Part shown: piece by piece, positions 58,429-64,000 of the stretch
Layout: the number at the start of each line of letters is the position of its first letter
Numbering within the stretch: position 1 is the stretch's first letter
NCBI GenBank assembly: GCA_951406725.2
Contig: OX597814.1
Location: forward strand, 124,310,001 to 124,374,000
From: Octopus vulgaris
Lineage: Eukaryota
Length of the DNA stretch: 64,000 nt
Direction: 5' to 3'
Notes under the pieces: model-generated
The model's database searches: none
Told to the model about the DNA's origin: nothing
The model's input: only the letters and a program-made list of their open reading frames with translations
Program-made: the position numbers and the translations under genes

Positions 58429-59065
58429 GTTTATGCATGGGTATGTTCACGGAAGGCTTCATGAAGACAGACAGTAATATCGACACAAAGCGCAGCCTTT
58501 CTCGAACTCGTGACAGCAACATCACTTCTCTCTTTGAAAGCTACCTAATAAAGGAGAGACAGAGAAGGTCTGGAACTCCAAGATGGAGCCAAAAATGTCG
58601 ATTATGTCGTATTTCTTTGGAAGACATCTCATATGTGATTTGTAGCTACTCAAAAATGTCACCAAGGTACTACGTCCCTGTGCTACACGACCTTATCCAA
58701 AAGCAATACATAGTGCCATTTGCAAAACAAAGACTCTCCTGAAATCAATAGAGAAAATCTCTGTTATTGAATGCGTACATAAACACCAACACATGGTGGA
58801 ACATTCCCATGAAAACACCTGTCAAGTGTATACGTGTAAATGTAACAAGTTAGATATTGTTCTTTGGAGAAAGGAAGAAGAATGTACTGTCATAGAGGTC
58901 AGCTGTCCTGCTGACGTGAATATCTATTTGAAAATTAAAGGGAAAGGTGATAACTATGGACAACTGCTTCGAAACCTCCAGCTTCTATACCCAGGTTATA
59001 AATTCATGATAATGTCAATGATAATTGGTGCACTTTGTTTTGTGAATAAATATCTAACTGATAAT

Positions 59066-59306
59066 TACTCTTTACTCTTTCACTTGTTTCAGTCATTTGA
59101 CTGCGGCAATGCTGGAGCTCCGCCTTTAGTCGAGCAAATCGACCCCAGCACTTAGTCTTTGTAAACCTAGTATTTATTCTATCGTACTCTTTTGCCGAAC
59201 CGCTAAGTTATGGGGATGTAAACACACCAGTATCGGTTGTCAAGCGATGTTGGGGGGTGTGTGACAAACACAGACACGCAAACATATACACAGATACATA
59301 CATACA

Positions 59307-59310
<4 letters not shown>
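59066..59310 (-). mobile_element. SINE family A 3' half (5' half at 62400-62568)
   Basis: The two halves are complementary portions of one consensus, split at the internal TA tract. Confidence 0.88.
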
Positions 59311-59399
<89 letters not shown>

Positions 59400-59400
<1 letters not shown>

Positions 59401-61783
59401 ATAAGATTAGCTCGTGTACGAGTGGGTATATATTTGTAAAAAATGAAGTTTGAAAATGCTGCTATATTAGACAAATTTTAATTTTTATATATACATTATT
59501 TATTTAACATGTTTCGGTTCTTGAAATGACGAACCTTATGAAAAAAAATTATATATAAAAAAGAGAGTTCATGCTATATGTTTAAAGAGTATGATGTAAT
59601 AGTTCATAATTGTGACATATATTCAATAGAGTCAAATATAAAAAATTCATATATAATATTCAATAGAGTCAAATATAGAAAATTCATATATATTAAAGCG
59701 AGTCCATGCTATATGTTTAAAGAGTATGATGTAGTAGTTCATAATTGTGACATGCATTCAATAGAGTCAAATATAAAAAATTCATGTTCTTGAAAAAGCG
59801 AGGAGTTCATTTTAGGTTTTACCTTGTGTTCCAATGGGAGCAACTGTAATGATTTTTGGTTGGTGTCTGTTCGTATAGTTTTGGTGAATTTTGTGATTGT
59901 TTAGGTTTATATCAGCTCAGCTTAGCTGTCTCACTTACACTTTTCACTGACGTCATATAGTTCCAAACCAATCAAAACCCAGTCTTAACAAATATATCCT
60001 GTTAGGAAACAGATCAAGCGGAACGACGGTTTGGCCACGGGAGAAATACGTCATCCTTTTTTTTGGCGAATCGAAGTTAGATCTGATCCATGACTGTATC
60101 CCGTTAGGTGGCTAGTCCAGCGGAACGAGACGTCATCAATGTTTTGACTCATCATCCCGTTAGGTGGCTAGTCCAGCAGAACGGGACGTCATCAATGTTT
60201 TGACCAATCAACCCGTTTGGTGGCTCGTCCAGCAGAACGAGACGTCATTCATATTTTGACCAATCATCCCGTTATGTGGCTAGTCCAGCAGAACGAGACG
60301 TCATCAATGTTTTGACCAATCAGAATCGGGTCTGACCTAAAGCTGTATTAGATCTGACCCATGACTGTATCCTGTTAGGTGGCTAGTCCAGCGGAACGAG
60401 ACGTCATCAATGTTTTGACCAATCATCCCGTTAGGTAGCTAGTCCAGCAGAACGAGACGTCATCAATGTTTTGACCAATCAGAATCGGGTCTGACTCATA
60501 GCTGCATCGTGTGGGGAAACCGACCAAGCAGGGTGACAATAGCTTGCCCACTGAGGTAATGCGTCATCAGTTTTTTGACGAATCAGGATTAGATCTGCTC
60601 GTAGAGATCTTTTTATAAAATTTTCCTTCCCTAAGACATGTCTCTGTCAGTGTGAATGACTGTTTAAGGATCTGAGAAATTGTAATTCGCCCCACTTCCA
60701 TTATTATAATACTCTCACTGTGGCCGTAGCAGCTGTGACCACGGTGGTTGTAGTAGTAGTGCGAGTTGGGGCAGTCGTAGTGGTTTCGTTTCTCTTTTTC
60801 GGAGGACCAATGTTTTGTTTTAATATTCCTGGCCCAGGGTGTTCAAACTTGGTCTAAATTTTTTGATGAAATAAAGTTCTTTATTTTGGCGTTGCGTGAA
60901 GGTTACGCTGTCACTGAATTTATAAAGCAGGTAAGTTGTAAATTTCGGATTTACATTTCCAGCACATCTATCTATGTGTCCGCTGACCGGTATTTTCCGG
61001 TATTCAGGGTTTCTAATTTGTCATTTATGCACCGCCATCCTGTTACGTAAGCTATTTTTTGTATGGCCTATATACTGCCTATTGCAGCCTGCGCATGTTA
61101 AGACGTAAATTAAGTTTTCTGATGCGCAGGTGAAGTTTGCTCTAATGGTGAACTGATGGCCTTGTTCTAGTATAAATTCTGAACCTTCTACCAAGATGAC
61201 ACAGATTCCGCAGTTGGGCCTTCCACGTTTTGTGGTTGATGTTGAGTGCAGTTTAGCTTGGGTTAAAATCCTTTTCAAGGATTTTGGTTGCCGTTTACTT
61301 TTAATGATGGTGTGTGTTTCGAGGATCCGGTTCATCTTTGGGTCTCCCTTTAGTAGGGCTGTGCTTTGTAGTATGGTGCTGAAGGCCTCATTGTTGAGTG
61401 GGTTGTGTGTAGAGATGTAGGGAAGGGTTTTTAATTGTTCTTTCTTTTTTGGTTTTGTTTGTCTCAGGTCTTCTATACTTAATTTGAGTGCCCTTTTGAT
61501 TGCACTGTCTATTAGGGGCTGTGGATAGTTTCTATTTGTGAGTGTGGTTCTAAGTTCCTGGAGACGTGTGTGTCGGGTGTTTGTGTCTGATATTATGGTG
61601 CAAATCCTTCTAGCTAAACAAAAAGGGACATTTATTCTAGTGTGTCGTGAGTGGCATGAATCAAAGGGTAGGTACTGTTTGGAGTCTGTCGGTTTATAGT
61701 AGATATCTGTCTCTATTTTGTTGCCGGTTTTCTTAATGAGGATGTCTAAAAATGGTAATTCTTCTTCGTTATGATCCATTCGT
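59400..61783 (-). mobile_element. Penelope-like element (RT thumb plus GIY-YIG endonuclease plus long 3' region), 5'-truncated
   Basis: ORF 61779-61021: LPFLDILI, TDIYYKPTDSKQYL, NLIYVLTCAGCNRQYIGHT..R; continues to ELYFIKKFRPSLN. Decayed hammerhead ...ggttc..gaaccgaaacatgttaaataaa near 59500-59540. Confidence 0.93.
60080..60490. repeat. 56-bp minisatellite (6 units) in the Penelope 3' region
   Basis: ccgttaggtggctagtccagcagaacgagacgtcatcaatgttttgaccaatcatc. Confidence 0.93.
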
Positions 61784-61786
61784 ATG

Positions 61787-61828
<42 letters not shown>

Positions 61829-61830
<2 letters not shown>

Positions 61831-62123
61831 AGGCGCAATAGCTCAGTGGTTAGGGAAGCGGACTCGCAGTCGTGGGATCGTGGTTTCGATTCCCAGACCG
61901 GGCGTTGGGAGTGTTTATTGAGCGAAAACACCTAAAGCTCCACGAGGCTCCGGTAGGGGGTGGTGGCGATCCCTGCTGTACTCCTTCGTCACAACTTTCT
62001 CTCACTCTTTCTTCTGTTGGCCTGCTCGCTTAGCCAGCGAGGTGGCGTATTGAAGGCTAAAACAATGCGAAACGCATTGTGACCACCGATGTGTAGCAAC
62101 ATCTAATAGACTGGTCCGTCACG
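61829..62123 (+). mobile_element. SINE family C, full length
   Basis: ggaggcgcaatagctcagtggttagg...gtttcgattccc (A/B boxes); A tail. Confidence 0.9.
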
Positions 62124-62183
62124 AAAAAAAAACATATATACATATGTATTTCCAAGGAATTTAATGCGCTTGGCTTAGATTTT

Positions 62184-62270
62184 CCTTTGGGGCTGGCCAG
62201 ATCGGAGCAATCTCAAGATTAATCAGCCGAAATTGCGAGGATGATCCGGTGTTTAACTGAAGATTGAAGG
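62184..62270 (+). ncRNA. Rearranged hammerhead-like motif with intact core, in a short TA-flanked element (about 62148-62345)
   Basis: cctttgg|ggctg ... gcaa-TC-tcaag ... cagcc-GAAA-ttgc ... tttaa-CTGAAGA-ttgaagg. Confidence 0.65.
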
Positions 62271-62341
62271 CTTCGAATCTCCCGTCCGTGTTTTTTGTAT
62301 CGTCTAAATGTTTTGCGTTCTTGTCCTAGTTTGTATTTTTT

Positions 62342-62405
<64 letters not shown>

Positions 62406-62784
62406 CGACAGGCTTCTTTCAGTTTCCGTTTACCAAATCTACTCACAAGGCTTTGGTGGGCCCAAGACTGTAGTAGAAGACACTCTCCCTAGGTGCCACG
62501 CAGTGGGACTGAACCCGGAACCATGTGATTCGTAAGGAAGCTACTTACCACACACCCACTCCTACACCTACAATCTGTATAAGCTAGGATTTTCAGAAAA
62601 CAGAAATTGACCAAGTCGCACATTACAAATAAAATCTGTAAACAGAACATTAAAAGTGAGCAAGATTTTCTCTATTTTTAGAATATGAATTTGTATTTGT
62701 TATCAACATTCCAACAATGGAGCTTTGTATCATTGTTATAAACCAGCTCCTTCCTCAGAGGAAGAATTCAAATTAAAACAAGAG

Positions 62785-63014
62785 AATACACACACACACA
62801 CACACACCCACCCACCCACCCCACACACACACACACACACATACACACATACATACATACATACATGCACGCACGCTCACAGACACAGACACACACACAC
62901 ATACATACATACATACATATACGCACGCTCACAGACACACACACACATACATACATACATACACATACACACACACATACATACATACATACATACATAC
63001 ATACATACATACAT

Positions 63015-63061
<47 letters not shown>

Positions 63062-63062
63062 G
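62785..63062. repeat. Compound (CA)/(CATA)/(CAGA) microsatellite
   Basis: Direct inspection. Confidence 0.96.
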
Positions 63063-63564
63063 GTAGAGCACCAGTTTTCCGGCACTCTTGGTTTCCCCAT
63101 CTATTAGAATTCTTCATTTTGCCGGGTTAACGGAAGGCATGTAACAATAATTCCAGGCATATACCTAGCAGACTGCCGCAACATTATTAACTTCTAAACC
63201 TTTGGGACACACCTTTGTTTATTCGCAAGAAACATTCTTCCAACCCTTCAGCTACAAGAATTTGAATGAAAATGTTAATCTAATGCCACCTGTTAACTAC
63301 TGGATCCCCATCGGACTCTCTCCTGGAAAGTAATTCTGAAAGGTATATATTTATCGTTTCCTCTTTCATTCAGAGACGATAATCTCTGCAATGGCTGTAA
63401 ATCTTCTATTAACTTTTTGCTTTGCAGAGAGAGGGCCCTCTGGAAGTTACGTTAGCAAGTGGTGTTGCATTTAGTTTTAAACATTTCTATCTTCACATTA
63501 TTATAAGTTTGGTACAGGAAGTGTGTTTCCGATTTCATATGTTACGAGGAAATATACTACAATA

Positions 63565-63727
63565 GGCGTTGGAGTGGCTGTGTGGTAAGTAGCTTGCTTA
63601 CGAACCACGTGGTTCCGGGTTCAGTCACACTGCGTGGCACCTTGGGCAAGTGTCTTCTACTATCGCCTCGGGCCGACCAAAGCCTTGTGGGTGGATTTGG
63701 AAGACGGAAATTGAAAGAAGCTCGTCG

Positions 63728-63789
<62 letters not shown>

Positions 63790-63985
63790 TGTGTCTGTTT
63801 GTCCCCCAACGCCGCTTGACAACCGATGCTGGTGTGTTTACGTCCCCGTAACTTAGCTGTTCGGCAAAAGACCGATAGAATAAGTATTAGGCTTACAAAG
63901 AATAAGTCCAGGGGTCGATTTGCTCGACTAAAGGCGTGTCCAGCGTGGCCACAGTCAAATGACTGAAACAAGTAAAAGAGTAAAA
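63565..63985 (+). mobile_element. SINE family A, full length
   Basis: High identity to the other family A copies. Confidence 0.93.
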
Positions 63986-64000
63986 GTGTGTTGTCAACGC

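Larger units (their letters stand above)
57410..59065 (+). mobile_element. R4/Dong-like LINE related to 2455-3260, split by a solo LTR and SINEs; tail resumes at about 62570-62690
   Basis: FGILDW, GNFHRNSDIDRLY, CRLC, KLDIVLW..IEVSCPAD..IIGAL; NLYKLGFS after 62570. Confidence 0.85.

Noticed and set aside
61829-61905. Functional tRNA gene
   Set aside because: It is a tRNA-like head continuous with a SINE body that is found three times in the window.
63060-63500. Tigger-like end and transposase trace
   Set aside because: Only one putative TIR and no clear motif.

Overview
AT-rich, repeat-saturated eukaryotic DNA with no host protein-coding gene that I can support; it is probably intronic or intergenic. 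The SINE families and microsatellite load point to an octopus-like cephalopod genome (inference). Most ORF-track entries are microsatellite artefacts. Real content: three tRNA-derived SINE families; decayed LINEs (R4/Dong-like, HERO-like, RTE, Tx1/L1); Penelope-like elements; a gypsy pol relic and a solo LTR; mariner, Tc1 and pogo transposons; MITEs; and a Helitron. The top observation is a rearranged (non-circularly permuted) hammerhead-ribozyme-like motif that recurs in unrelated elements at 62184-62270 and 15507-15578, with a deleted copy at 874-961. It keeps the catalytic core strands and has covarying stems, but in reversed strand order with stem II split. Canonical minimal hammerheads, several foldback palindromes, a co-oriented Dong nest in (AAT)n, a possible 338-bp target duplication and four-level nesting are also present. 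Element boundaries were read by eye and are approximate unless a TIR or TSD is quoted.
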